Virus record (IMG/VR): IMGVR_UViG_3300048906_000023
Coordinates: 1 to 48,014 of that record
DNA from: a virus
Direction: 5' to 3' (one strand)
Length of the DNA stretch: 48,014 bases
The notes beneath the pieces were generated by a model. That model did not search any database, had not been told where the DNA came from, and saw only the letters and a list, made by a program, of their open reading frames with translations. Shown in pieces: positions 1-9,446 of the stretch. Each line of letters starts with the position of its first letter. Position 1 is the first letter of the stretch. The translations under genes and the position numbers were made by a program.

Positions 1-127
1 ACCAATCCGGCGGCGACGCCAACACGTTCACCTACAGCTACATCGAGGATCGCGGCAACCGCCAGCGCTCGAAGCCGACGGACACGAACCCGGTGGTGCT
101 GACGTTCACGCTCGATCGTGATCCGAC
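1..127. repeat. terminal overlap, identical to 47888..48014 (circular-assembly redundancy)
   Basis: All 127 nt at the two window ends match exactly when read side by side. The overlap lies inside an ORF that stays in phase across the junction. Confidence 0.95.
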
Positions 128-347
128 GCTCCCGTGGTTCGATGCACTGGACAAGCTGACGAAGTCCAAGCAGCTCGTTGTCATGCGCGAGACGTTCGAA
201 ACCGGCGAGCAACTGCTGTACACCGGCTACGTCTCGTTCCAGAAGTCGCCGAGCCGCACGCGCAACGAGAACATGACCGTCGTGGCGACGTTCTCCGTCA
301 ACTCCGAAATCCTGGCCTTCCCGGCCACGTTCCCCAGCAGCTCGTAA
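1..347 (+). CDS. major tail (tube) protein, 3' part; same gene as 47575..48014 (219 aa once the overlap is collapsed)
   Basis: The frame of ORF 93..347 is open back to nt 3 and is in phase with ATG 47575 through the overlap. The gene sits between the DUF3168-type tail terminator and the G/GT chaperones. Confidence 0.7.
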   Translation, partial: QSGGDANTFTYSYIEDRGNRQRSKPTDTNPVVLTFTLDRDPTLPWFDALDKLTKSKQLVVMRETFETGEQLLYTGYVSFQKSPSRTRNENMTVVATFSVNSEILAFPATFPSSS

Positions 348-360
348 GAGCTTCCGGTTG

Positions 361-399
361 AGGGCCGCCAAGTCGTTAGTGGGACGACGCGGCGGCCCT
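361..399 (+). terminator. long hairpin after the major tail gene (possible attenuating terminator or RNA-stabilising structure)
   Basis: AGGGCCGCC (361-369) pairs with GGCGGCCCT (391-399), with an inner GTCGT/ACGAC stem. There is no clear U-tract. Confidence 0.35.
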
Positions 400-433
400 T
401 GTCATTCCCACTATCCCACCTGAGGTTACGGTT

Positions 434-799
434 ATGCTGACGAAGAAAACCCCCGATACGATCAAGGCAACGCTCACGGTCAAGGCCATGGGCGTGGACA
501 CCTCGCTGATCCTCACGTACCACAATCACTCGCCCGACGCGTTCGACGCGTTCGTGAAGAACCCGGAGAGCGTGAAGGCTCCCGACAACGTCGATCCGCA
601 GGACACGCGCCTGTTATGGGCGCACATGAATGCCGGCGTCGTCCTGTTCATCGTGAAGTCGTTCGATGACGGCACCGACGAGGCGTTTCCGCTGACGCGC
701 GAGGGTCTGGTGGAGCTGGAACGGACGTGGCCCGAAACGCTGCCCGGCATCATCGCGGGCTACCACAAGGCACGGGCGGCTAGCGTCGAAAAAAACTGA
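434..799 (+). CDS. tail assembly chaperone (G-like)
   Basis: 121-aa ORF directly between the major tail and tape measure genes. GAGG lies upstream of the ATG, and the ORF ends in a slippery A-run. Confidence 0.75.
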   Translation: MLTKKTPDTIKATLTVKAMGVDTSLILTYHNHSPDAFDAFVKNPESVKAPDNVDPQDTRLLWAHMNAGVVLFIVKSFDDGTDEAFPLTREGLVELERTWPETLPGIIAGYHKARAASVEKN

Positions 800-1110
800 C
801 TGAGGCGGTTGCTTCGTTCTTTTGGCAACCGCCTTCCGAAGAACAACAGAGAGTGTGGAAGGGTCGTAAGAAGTTTCCGGAACCCGTAATCGAAACCTGG
901 GAAGAGAACTACGAGTGCCTTAACTGGTTTCGATCGATGATGACGCAGTTTGTCTACAATGCGTTTGGCGCAACCGGCTTCAATTACGCAGTGGCTTATC
1001 GGGATTTCGACGACATGGGATTTACGGGTGTCGTGCTCGATGAGTGGAAGTGGAAACTCAAGGTGATGGAGTCCGAGGCTCTGCACCACCTCAACAAGAA
1101 GCCCGCCTAG
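434..1110 (+). CDS. tail assembly chaperone GT-like fusion made by a -1 frameshift near 790-796 (join 434..796,796..1110)
   Basis: The -1 frame is open from 787 through ORF 853..1110. The heptamer A_AAA_AAC lies at 790-796 and a hairpin starts 7 nt downstream. Confidence 0.65.
789..833 (+). promoter_or_regulatory. programmed -1 ribosomal frameshift signal (slippery A7C plus 9-bp stem-loop)
   Basis: AAAAAAAC occupies 789-796. GGCGGTTGC (804-812) pairs perfectly with GCAACCGCC (825-833) around a 12-nt loop. Confidence 0.65.
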
Positions 1111-1123
1111 TGCGGGCTTTTTC
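1099..1123 (+). terminator. rho-independent terminator overlapping the GT stop codon
   Basis: AAGCCCGC-ctagt-GCGGGCTT followed by TTTC. Confidence 0.6.
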
Positions 1124-1138
1124 ATTCGGAGTGACGAT

Positions 1139-4100
1139 ATGAGCGAAACCGTAGACATTGGCGCGGCACGCGTCCGACTGATCGTTGATGCGGCCGACTT
1201 CCAACCTGTGATCGATCAGGGGAAGAACGCGATTCGCGGTTTCGGCGACGCGGCGCAAGTCGCTTACGACAGGACGGAGAAGGGCACGCGTCGCGCTGCG
1301 GATGCGCTGCTGGACTACGTCAACGGCCTGGGCCGTGCCGACAGCACGATGGACAAGTACCTGCGCAATGCGAGTCGCATGGGCGTGGAAAAGCCGGTGC
1401 TCGATGCGGCAACGCTGGCGTGGGGAAAGTACACCGCGAGCGTTGAGGACGCAGCGCAGGCTCTCGCCGACGTGCAGGCCGCACAGAAGCGTGCGCAGGC
1501 CGGCATGCGCGAGTTGTCCACGCAGCAGGACGCCGACGCTGCCAAAGAGAAGGCGCGGGCCAATGCAGCCGCCGCGGAGCGTTTCGCGAACCTGCAGGCC
1601 GCGCGTGAAGCGCAGTCGCAAACGGACGTCAATACGCTGGTGGCTCCCGGCCTCGCGTTCGACAACAACGCGCAGGCCCGGCGTGAGGCTGCGGAACACG
1701 CCTTCCTCGGCGTGCTGCTGCAGGAGGAAGCGGCTGAGGCTGCGAAGAACCAGCAGCTCAAGGAACAGCTTGAGCTGGAAAATCTCATCAACGCTGCGCG
1801 CCAAGATCACCAGCAAACGCAGGCGCAACAAGATTTCAACCGCCTGCTCGGAATTCCGGAGCAGCAACAAGCCCTGCAGCTCGCGCAGCGGCGTCGCGAT
1901 GCTGAAGCAGCTTTCAGCGTGCAGCTCCAACGAGAAGCCGACCTCGAAGAACAAGCGTTCGCGCACAACGCCAACGTTGACTCGTTCATCAAGCAGTTGC
2001 AGAACCTGCAGACGACGGCGGGCAAGTCCTATTACGAGCTGCTGCAACTGAAGGCTGCAGAACTCGGCGTGTCGCAGTCCGCTGCGCCGCTCATCGCGCA
2101 AATCAAGGCGCAGAACCAAGCCATGGGCGCGGGCACCGTCAGCGCCAAGCAATACGAGTTCGCGCTGCGTGGCCTGCCTGCGCAGTTCACGGACGTGGTC
2201 GTGTCGCTGCAGGCCGGGCAAAACCCGCTGACGGTGCTGCTGCAGCAGGGCGGCCAGGTCAAGGATATGTTCGGTGGCGTGCGGTCGGCCGTCGGCGCTG
2301 TGGGCAAGGAGCTGGGTAAGCTCGCGACGAATCCGTGGTTCCTGCTGGCCGGTGCGATCAGCGCCGTGGCTTACGCTGCCTACACGACCACGTCGCGCAT
2401 GACGGAGCTGGCGATTGCCACGGCCAAAGGAAACCAAGTCGCCGGCAGCGCGCAGGGTTTGTCCACGCTGTCGGAGAGCCTGGCGAAGCTCGATCACATC
2501 ACGCTCGGCAACGCTGACGCCGCGGTGACGTCGCTGGCGATCGCTGGCAAGCTGACGGGTGACAACTTCCGCGCCGCTGCGCAGGCTGCAGCACGCTGGG
2601 CCAGCGTCACGGGCGAGGGCGTGGACGACATCATCGGCAAGTTCAACGAGCTGGCCGCGAACCCGATGGCGGCCGTGGAGAACGGCACGCTTCGCGTCAC
2701 CGCGGCTCAATACGCGCAGCTCGAAGCCCTCGACCGCGTGGGCGACAAGGTCGGAGAGGTACAGCTCGCGGTGAAGCTGTATCAGGCCCAAATCAACGAC
2801 AACAGCCAATCGGTGTTGAACAACCTCAGTGAAGGCGCGAAGGGCTGGCTCGACCTCAAGGACGCGATCAGCAGCGCGGGCCACTCGCTGGCCGAGTTCA
2901 TCACTGAAATGGCGGGCCTGTCGTTCGACAAGCTCAAGAGCATCAACTTCGGCGGCATCGCTGCGGGCCTGGCGCAGTTCGTGACCGATCCGGTGGGCGG
3001 TGCGAAATCGCTGTTCAACGGCGTGCAGCCGACGACGCCTGGCGGTGAAGTGACGCGCAGCGGGTTCGGCGGCGTGGGCACCGACGCGGCTTCGATTTCC
3101 ACGGCCACGAAGCTGACGCTCGATCAGGTCGCTGCGAACAAGGAGAACCAGAAGGCGTTCGATGAGCTGGGCACGAAGTCGCAGAAGTACGCCACGCAGC
3201 TCGCGCTGTTGAACGCGCAGCTCGGTCGCTCCAACGATGAGTTCCTGAAGCAACAGGGCGTCGTGCGCGGCTTGAATGGCACCTTCAGCGGCCCCGGTTA
3301 CGACAAGCTCGTGAACGGCCTCAAGCTGAAGGTTTTCGGCGAGAACCAAGGTGGTGATCCGACGAAGCCGATCAAGCAGTGGGAGAAGACCGCGCTCGAT
3401 TCGCTCAAGGCCGTACAGCAGGCTACCGATTTCAGTTACGCCGATCGCGCGACGTCGATTGAAGAATACTTCGCGAAGTCCACCGCGGTGGCCGACGCCG
3501 AGAAGCGCGTGCAGCTCGAATCGATCGACGAGCAAATTGCAGCGCTCAAGGGCCGCGCGAACAGCGAGAGCACGATCAGCGCGCTCGTGGAACAGCGCAA
3601 CACGATCGAAGTCCAGTACGCGTCCGCGAAGGCGCAGCGTGACCATGCGGAACTGACCGCCACGCAGGCGCGTGTCGCAGCGGCGCGCAACTTCTCGCAG
3701 AGCCTGGCCGACCAGAACATCGAGCTGTCTCGTGCGGGCGACGTCGCAGCGAAGGCCGTGGGAATGGGCGCGCAACAACTTGCGCTCGAGAAGTCGATCA
3801 GCGATGCGCGCTACAAGAACGACCTCCTGCTGCGCTCGATCAATCAACAGTACGCGGATCAGGCGATCACGTCGGCGGAAGCGGAGCAACGCCGGCAGGA
3901 CGCCACCGCAGCGTTGTCCACGCAGATTACGATTCTGCAGGGCAATTACACCAAGGTGAAGGCGGCCGAATCCGACTGGCTCAACGGCGCGCAGAAAGCG
4001 TGGGCGGATTGGTACGACAACGTCACCAACTACGCGCAATCGGCAGCGCAGGCGTTTACGACGGTCATGGACGACGCGGCTTCGAAGATCGCTGATGCTG

Positions 4101-4618
4101 CGATGACCGGGAAAGCCGACTTCGGTGGGCTGCTGAAGGACATCGAGCGCCAAATTATCGAATTCAGCGCGAAGCAACTGCTCGCTAATGCGCTCAAGGG
4201 GCTGATTGGCGGATCGGGTAGCACCAAGACCGGCGACACGGCCAGCGGCCTCGTCGGACTCGTGTCGCTGTTCTCCGGTTCCGGTTTCGCGAAGGGTGCC
4301 GCTTTCGGTGGCTCGTCGGGCTTGTCCGGGTACAGCAATCAGGTTGTCAGTCAGCCGACGTATTTCCCGTTCGCGCGGGGCGGCGTGCCGAACGTGGGCC
4401 TCATGGGCGAGAAGCCCGGCTCACCTGGCGAAGCTATCATGCCCCTGACCCGCACGAGCGGCGGTGAGCTGGCGGTCAAGGCCACCGGCAACCAGCGCAC
4501 GCGGGTTACGAACTTCACACAGAACATCATCATGCAAGGCCAGGTGAATCGTTCGACGCCCGATCAAATCGCATCCAAGACTCTCGGCGCCGCAACGCGC
4601 GCAGCACGCAGGGGATAA
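1139..4618 (+). CDS. tail tape measure protein
   Basis: 1159 aa, alanine/glutamine-rich coiled-coil composition with central hydrophobic segments. Position after the G/GT chaperones is canonical. Confidence 0.9.
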   Translation: MSETVDIGAARVRLIVDAADFQPVIDQGKNAIRGFGDAAQVAYDRTEKGTRRAADALLDYVNGLGRADSTMDKYLRNASRMGVEKPVLDAATLAWGKYTASVEDAAQALADVQAAQKRAQAGMRELSTQQDADAAKEKARANAAAAERFANLQAAREAQSQTDVNTLVAPGLAFDNNAQARREAAEHAFLGVLLQEEAAEAAKNQQLKEQLELENLINAARQDHQQTQAQQDFNRLLGIPEQQQALQLAQRRRDAEAAFSVQLQREADLEEQAFAHNANVDSFIKQLQNLQTTAGKSYYELLQLKAAELGVSQSAAPLIAQIKAQNQAMGAGTVSAKQYEFALRGLPAQFTDVVVSLQAGQNPLTVLLQQGGQVKDMFGGVRSAVGAVGKELGKLATNPWFLLAGAISAVAYAAYTTTSRMTELAIATAKGNQVAGSAQGLSTLSESLAKLDHITLGNADAAVTSLAIAGKLTGDNFRAAAQAAARWASVTGEGVDDIIGKFNELAANPMAAVENGTLRVTAAQYAQLEALDRVGDKVGEVQLAVKLYQAQINDNSQSVLNNLSEGAKGWLDLKDAISSAGHSLAEFITEMAGLSFDKLKSINFGGIAAGLAQFVTDPVGGAKSLFNGVQPTTPGGEVTRSGFGGVGTDAASISTATKLTLDQVAANKENQKAFDELGTKSQKYATQLALLNAQLGRSNDEFLKQQGVVRGLNGTFSGPGYDKLVNGLKLKVFGENQGGDPTKPIKQWEKTALDSLKAVQQATDFSYADRATSIEEYFAKSTAVADAEKRVQLESIDEQIAALKGRANSESTISALVEQRNTIEVQYASAKAQRDHAELTATQARVAAARNFSQSLADQNIELSRAGDVAAKAVGMGAQQLALEKSISDARYKNDLLLRSINQQYADQAITSAEAEQRRQDATAALSTQITILQGNYTKVKAAESDWLNGAQKAWADWYDNVTNYAQSAAQAFTTVMDDAASKIADAAMTGKADFGGLLKDIERQIIEFSAKQLLANALKGLIGGSGSTKTGDTASGLVGLVSLFSGSGFAKGAAFGGSSGLSGYSNQVVSQPTYFPFARGGVPNVGLMGEKPGSPGEAIMPLTRTSGGELAVKATGNQRTRVTNFTQNIIMQGQVNRSTPDQIASKTLGAATRAARRG

Positions 4619-4623
4619 CGGTT

Positions 4624-5247
4624 ATGACTCAGAACTACATCGATCACAAGATCAGCACGCAGGTAAGTCGCGACTTCCAACGGGTCGTGTCCGGGAAAAC
4701 CGACATCACGCCCTTGGCGAACGGCCGCGAGAACCGTAACGCGGCGTGGGCGTTCAAGAAAATGAAGTTCTCCGCGAATTACGCGATGCTCACGCCTGAG
4801 AGTCAGCTCGAAGTCGCGAGCGCGTTCTACGCGTGCAATGCGATGCTGTTCCTGTTCCGGTTCCGGGATGCGGGCGACTACGAGGTGACGGACAGCCCGC
4901 TGATCGTGCGAGCCGACGAGGTGGGCTTCCTCAGCCCGGTGCAGCTCACGAAGCGCTATACGTTCGGCCCGGTGTTCGCCGATCGCATGATTCAAGCCGT
5001 CACCAAGTGCGTCGTTAAGGACCATACCGGCACGGTCGTTCCCGGTGCCTTCGACGGCGCTTTGGGCCTGTTCACGCCGACGGCGGCGTGGGGATCGGGG
5101 ACGTATACGTGGTCGGGGCAGTTCGACGTGTGGGTGCGCTTCAACAGCGACGACCTCGACATGACCATGATGAACATCGATATGGCCACGAGCGACGTCG
5201 AGTTGATCGAACAGGTGGCGTACAACAGCGCTGTCCACGGGAGCTAG
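4624..5247 (+). CDS. distal tail protein, DUF2460 / RcGTA gp12-like
   Basis: 207 aa. The N-terminal ...ISTQVSRDFQRVVSGKTDI...NGRENRNAAW... pattern and the position right after the tape measure fit this family. Confidence 0.7.
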   Translation: MTQNYIDHKISTQVSRDFQRVVSGKTDITPLANGRENRNAAWAFKKMKFSANYAMLTPESQLEVASAFYACNAMLFLFRFRDAGDYEVTDSPLIVRADEVGFLSPVQLTKRYTFGPVFADRMIQAVTKCVVKDHTGTVVPGAFDGALGLFTPTAAWGSGTYTWSGQFDVWVRFNSDDLDMTMMNIDMATSDVELIEQVAYNSAVHGS

Positions 5248-5248
5248 C

Positions 5249-6208
5249 ATGCCGCGCGTCATTCCGATCCAAATCGCCGACCACATCGCAGGCGGCAGCA
5301 CGACCCTTTGCAGGCTGCTCAAGATCACGCCCGTGCAACCGGGTTACGCCCCGTTCGGCCTGACGAGCCTTGACCGTGACGTCAGGTATGACGACGGCAA
5401 CGGCCTGCTGGTCTACAGCGCGCCGATCGGCACCGAGCTGTCCACGCTCATCGCGGCGTCCGACATGACGGTAGCCGGCGGCGAGACGAAGCAGCTCATG
5501 CCCGTATACGACACGCCGACCGCGGAAGCGGACATCCGTGCGGGCGCTTACGATTACGCCGAGTTCGTGCTCTACGAGGTGAATTACAACGACCTGACGA
5601 GCGGCCGACACATCGTGATCCAGACGGGCACCACGGGTCGCAACACCGTGACCGATAGCGGCCTGTCGTGGATCACTGAGCTACGCGGCCTCACGCAAGT
5701 GCTCAAGCAGTCGATCACGGAAAAGTGGAGCCTGAGCTGCCGTGCGGTGTTCGGCTCGATGGTGCCCACGCCGCAGTCGCGCTATCCGTGCCTGTTCGAC
5801 GTCACCCCGCTGTGGCACACGGACACAGTCACCGCGGTGGGCGTGGACACCACGCAGGAATTCCACGCTGGCGCGTTCACGCCGACTTACGGTGGTGCGC
5901 CTGGCATGGTGGAGTGGTTGACCGGAGACAACGCAGGGCGCACGGACGAAACGGAGTCGTTCAACACCGAGAGTGGGCCTGGCAGCGTGCCGGTCATCAT
6001 CGGCTTGACGTTCGGGGCGTCCTACCCGATCAAGGTGGGCGACACATTCCGATTCCGCGACGACTGCCCCAAGACGCCCACGGCCTGCCACGCTCGCAAC
6101 AACTACCCGCACTATCGCGGCGAACCGTCGATCCCTGTATCCGACAATGGTGCGCTGAGCGTGGGCTTGATCGGCACGGCCGTTACCACGACCACCGGAG
6201 ACGATTGA
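5249..6208 (+). CDS. tail protein, DUF2163 / RcGTA gp13-like
   Basis: 319 aa. ...GGSTTLCRLLKITP...GLTSLDRDVRYDDG...Y motifs are typical of DUF2163. The gene abuts the neighbouring genes. Confidence 0.7.
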   Translation: MPRVIPIQIADHIAGGSTTLCRLLKITPVQPGYAPFGLTSLDRDVRYDDGNGLLVYSAPIGTELSTLIAASDMTVAGGETKQLMPVYDTPTAEADIRAGAYDYAEFVLYEVNYNDLTSGRHIVIQTGTTGRNTVTDSGLSWITELRGLTQVLKQSITEKWSLSCRAVFGSMVPTPQSRYPCLFDVTPLWHTDTVTAVGVDTTQEFHAGAFTPTYGGAPGMVEWLTGDNAGRTDETESFNTESGPGSVPVIIGLTFGASYPIKVGDTFRFRDDCPKTPTACHARNNYPHYRGEPSIPVSDNGALSVGLIGTAVTTTTGDD

Positions 6209-6657
6209 TGGGACAACTGGCTAACGCCGCACGCGGCTATATCGGAACCCGCTTCCGTCACCGCGGACGCAGCGCCGTGGGCGTGGACTGCGCGGGCCTG
6301 GGCGTGCTGGCCTACCGTGATTGCGGCGTGGAGCTGCCCGACTACACGCTGTATGGCCGCGAGCCGTACCGCGACGGCCTCGTCCAGTACATCACGCAAG
6401 CGCTTGGCGAGCCGGTGTGGCAGGCCGGACAGAGCGCGTATAGCGCGCACAGTGCCCTGCGCGACGATGACGTCATCGTGATGCGCTTCGACCGCGAGCC
6501 GCACCACGTCGGAATCGTGGCGGCAGCAACTTACGGTGGCACGCAGGCGTTCAACATTGTCCACGCCGACGGCAACGTGGGCCGCGTGATCGAACAGCGC
6601 CTGGCGCCCGACACAATCAATCGCATCACTCACGTTTTCAGGAAGGCGGTGGACTGA
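6208..6657 (+). CDS. NlpC/P60-family tail-associated cell wall peptidase (RcGTA gp14-like)
   Basis: Catalytic Cys context GVDCAGLG and His context PHHVGIV. TGATG overlaps occur at both ends. Confidence 0.75.
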   Translation: MGQLANAARGYIGTRFRHRGRSAVGVDCAGLGVLAYRDCGVELPDYTLYGREPYRDGLVQYITQALGEPVWQAGQSAYSAHSALRDDDVIVMRFDREPHHVGIVAAATYGGTQAFNIVHADGNVGRVIEQRLAPDTINRITHVFRKAVD

Positions 6658-9446
6658 TGTCCCGTCAAATCATCCCGATCGCTGGCGCAGTCGTTGGTGC
6701 AGTCGCCGGCTTCTACCTGGGCGGCCCCAGCGGCGCAGTTACCGGAGCGCAGTACGGCTACGTAGCGGGTGCTGTGGCGGCCCCGTACATCGATCCGGTG
6801 CTGTTGCAAGGCAACAAGATTGGTGACTCGCAGACTCAGGTGGCAGCGGAGGGCGGCGCCCGCGCCATCGTGTTCGGAAAGGCGTGCATCACCGCCACGT
6901 GCGTGATCGCGCGTGGAAATCGCGTCATCACCAAGAAGAAACAGAGCAACGGCAAGGGCACGACCAGCCGCACGCAAAACGAAACGGTGTCGTGGACGTT
7001 CGCGATCGGCCTGGGTGAAGCGATTCCGGGCGGCACCGTCACGCGCGTGTGGCAGGACGAGAACCTCGTGTTCGACCTGACGGAAGGGCATTCGATCAGC
7101 AACGAGGACAATTCCAAGTTCCATCAAAAGTTTCGGTTCCATGATGGCAGCGAAACGCAGCTTCCCGATCCGGACTTGCAGGTCTTTCTCGGTGACGAAA
7201 CCCCGTATTTCCGCGGCACGGCATACGTGGTCTTTCCGAATTTCGACCTGACGCAGACGGCCGAGCGCATCCCGACGTTTCGATTCGAGGTGATCGGCGC
7301 CCTGAGCTTCCTAACGCAAATCGAGAGCATCGACTTCCGGACGCACGGTGACGACGGACAGACGGAAGCGGTGACGCTCAACGGCGATCCGGGCACGGTC
7401 TACAACCTGACGCTCCAATTCACCGGACGTGTGCAGGCGCGCGCCTATTCCGACAACATCACGCGCGTGGGAGGCAACGGGCGTTTCGTCACAGCCACCA
7501 GTCAGGCGGCGACGCCTGAGCGCGGCGACGATATGTTCCAGCTCGTTATCAGCGATCCGCCGCAGACCTACTACCTCAACGCGTACCTGCCGGGCGAGGA
7601 CACCTCGACGTTCCCGATCATCGTGATGGACGGCAGTGCACAGTGGTCGCTGCCGATCCGCGTGCGTGGGAATGCCACGGTGACGATGAACACCGTAACG
7701 TTCGGCACGTCCGGCGGTGGCACCACCGAGTTCGCCACGAACACGACCCACTTCGCAGGGTTCTACGAGGGCGGCGCACCGATCGGCCTCGACCAAATCG
7801 TCAGCGCTCTGATGCAGCGTGTGGGCATGAGCCCCACGCAGTTCGACGTCACTGCATTGCACGACCACTCGGTGGCGGGCGTGTGCATCCAATCGACGGG
7901 CACAGCAGCCGACGCGGTGCAGAGCTGTGTCTCGCCGTTCATGGTTGACCCCACGGAGGTGGATGGCGTCGTTACCTTCGTCAAGCGTGGTGCGCCCGTG
8001 CTGCGGACGCTGACGATCGCCGACCTGACGGAAGAACCGGACGTCGCTGCGCGAGAGAACGTTATCGAGTACCCGGCGAAGGTGCATTTCTTCTACCAAT
8101 CGCCGATCACGGGTTACGCCAGCACGAAGGCCACGTCGTATCGATCGTCTCCACAAGTGGACAGTTCCGGCGAAGGCAGCGTCGTGTCTCCAATCACGTT
8201 CGCCGACAGCGTCGAGCCTGCCAATATCGCCAGTACGCTGCACAAAGTCATGTGGAACGAAGCGGGCGGCTCGTTCTCGTGGAAGGTCGGACAGCACTGC
8301 ATCGACCTCGTGCCGGGCGACGTCGTGGGCTTGTTCCTGCGCGGCCAGGTGACGCGGGCGCGGATCATCGGCGTGGAGAACGACGGCCTCACGATCGTGC
8401 TCACGCTCATCAAGGATCGGCAGAGCGCCTACACGTCCAACGTGACGGCGATTCCGCTCCCGTTCCCCACGCCGCCTGACCCCACGACCATGTCGAAGTC
8501 CGTGCTCGCGGTGCTGGACATCCCGGCGCTGCAGGACACCGACGACGCGCTGCTGTATTACACGGCGGTGAGCGGTGAAACGGCCACGTGGAGCGGCGCG
8601 CAGGTTCAACGCTCGCTCGATGGTGGCAGCACGTGGACGGTGATCGACGACGTCACCAGCGACGTGACGATGGGCCGCCTGACGGTAGCGATGACCGCGG
8701 CCAGCAGCTCCGTGACGGACACTACCAACACGGTGACGGTGCAACTGTTCGACGCGGCAAACGAGCTGCTGTCGTTCTCCGACACAGAGCTGCTGCAGGA
8801 GCAGGGTGGCATCGCGCTGCAGCTCGCCGACGGGACGTGGGAAATCCTGCAGTACCGTGACGCCGTGGACAACGGCGCGGGCCTGTGGACGCTGAGCTAC
8901 CTGCAGCGCGGCCGGCTCGATACCACCAGCGGCGCGCATGCGGTGGGTGCGTTGTTCGTGCTGCTGGGCGACGACCTCTCGAAGCACGCCGGGCAAGTCG
9001 CGTGGCTCGGCGGCGACCTGAAGCACCGCGCGATCAGCTACAGCACCAGCGCCGAGGATGCGGACATCGTCACCACGACCTACGTGGGCAACTCGCAGCG
9101 CGAGTGGAGCCCGGCAAGCGCAGTGGCCGAGTTTGACGGCACGTTCCTGTACGTCCACGACATCGTCGCGCGGCACCGCTTCGGCACGGAAGTCTCGCCA
9201 ATCGCCAGCGTCAATTATCAAGGCTTCCGAGTCACCTACAGCGATGGAACCACGACCATGACCGCAGACATTCCCGCGGGCGACAGCGCCCATATTTCCA
9301 CGGCCCCGCTGGTGGCCGTCACGTCGGTGAGCGTCGCGGAGCTGAATCGCTTCACGGGGCCTGGCGCTGGCCTGCCCGTGACCGTCACCACGGTGGCCGC
9401 CGGCTCGCTGACTCCGGTGGCGATCGTTGACGGTGGAGGCGCGTAA
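6657..9446 (+). CDS. host specificity / central tail fibre protein (RcGTA gp15-like)
   Basis: 929 aa, glycine-rich hydrophobic N-terminus, position after the NlpC/P60 gene. Confidence 0.75.
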   Translation: MSRQIIPIAGAVVGAVAGFYLGGPSGAVTGAQYGYVAGAVAAPYIDPVLLQGNKIGDSQTQVAAEGGARAIVFGKACITATCVIARGNRVITKKKQSNGKGTTSRTQNETVSWTFAIGLGEAIPGGTVTRVWQDENLVFDLTEGHSISNEDNSKFHQKFRFHDGSETQLPDPDLQVFLGDETPYFRGTAYVVFPNFDLTQTAERIPTFRFEVIGALSFLTQIESIDFRTHGDDGQTEAVTLNGDPGTVYNLTLQFTGRVQARAYSDNITRVGGNGRFVTATSQAATPERGDDMFQLVISDPPQTYYLNAYLPGEDTSTFPIIVMDGSAQWSLPIRVRGNATVTMNTVTFGTSGGGTTEFATNTTHFAGFYEGGAPIGLDQIVSALMQRVGMSPTQFDVTALHDHSVAGVCIQSTGTAADAVQSCVSPFMVDPTEVDGVVTFVKRGAPVLRTLTIADLTEEPDVAARENVIEYPAKVHFFYQSPITGYASTKATSYRSSPQVDSSGEGSVVSPITFADSVEPANIASTLHKVMWNEAGGSFSWKVGQHCIDLVPGDVVGLFLRGQVTRARIIGVENDGLTIVLTLIKDRQSAYTSNVTAIPLPFPTPPDPTTMSKSVLAVLDIPALQDTDDALLYYTAVSGETATWSGAQVQRSLDGGSTWTVIDDVTSDVTMGRLTVAMTAASSSVTDTTNTVTVQLFDAANELLSFSDTELLQEQGGIALQLADGTWEILQYRDAVDNGAGLWTLSYLQRGRLDTTSGAHAVGALFVLLGDDLSKHAGQVAWLGGDLKHRAISYSTSAEDADIVTTTYVGNSQREWSPASAVAEFDGTFLYVHDIVARHRFGTEVSPIASVNYQGFRVTYSDGTTTMTADIPAGDSAHISTAPLVAVTSVSVAELNRFTGPGAGLPVTVTTVAAGSLTPVAIVDGGGA

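Noticed and set aside
1-127. Biological direct terminal repeats.
   Set aside because: The overlap lies in the middle of the major tail ORF and is short and exact, as expected from circular-contig assembly. An HNH plus HK97-type terminase suggests cos ends elsewhere. This remains to be verified with reads.
1091-4177. Very long antisense ORFs: 1028 aa opposite the tape measure. Also 7311..9293, 10660..12363, 39008..41005 and 46209..47600 on the minus strand, and 12520..13533, 13669..14880, 15617..17128 and 33835..34860 on the plus strand.
   Set aside because: Their translations are Arg/Ala/Gly/His-rich low-complexity sequence typical of the stop-poor antisense frame of GC-rich genes. They lack RBSs. 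The opposite strand in each case encodes proteins with recognisable family motifs.
5725-6657. The 310-aa version of the NlpC/P60 ORF. Similarly the long versions 40744..42429, 25063..26430, 23234..23932, 31162..31689 and 31380..32096.
   Set aside because: The N-terminal extensions overlap the preceding well-supported genes in another frame and have Arg/His/Gly-rich junk composition. Inner ATGs coupled to the upstream stops (TGATG/ATGA) or preceded by an RBS were chosen instead.
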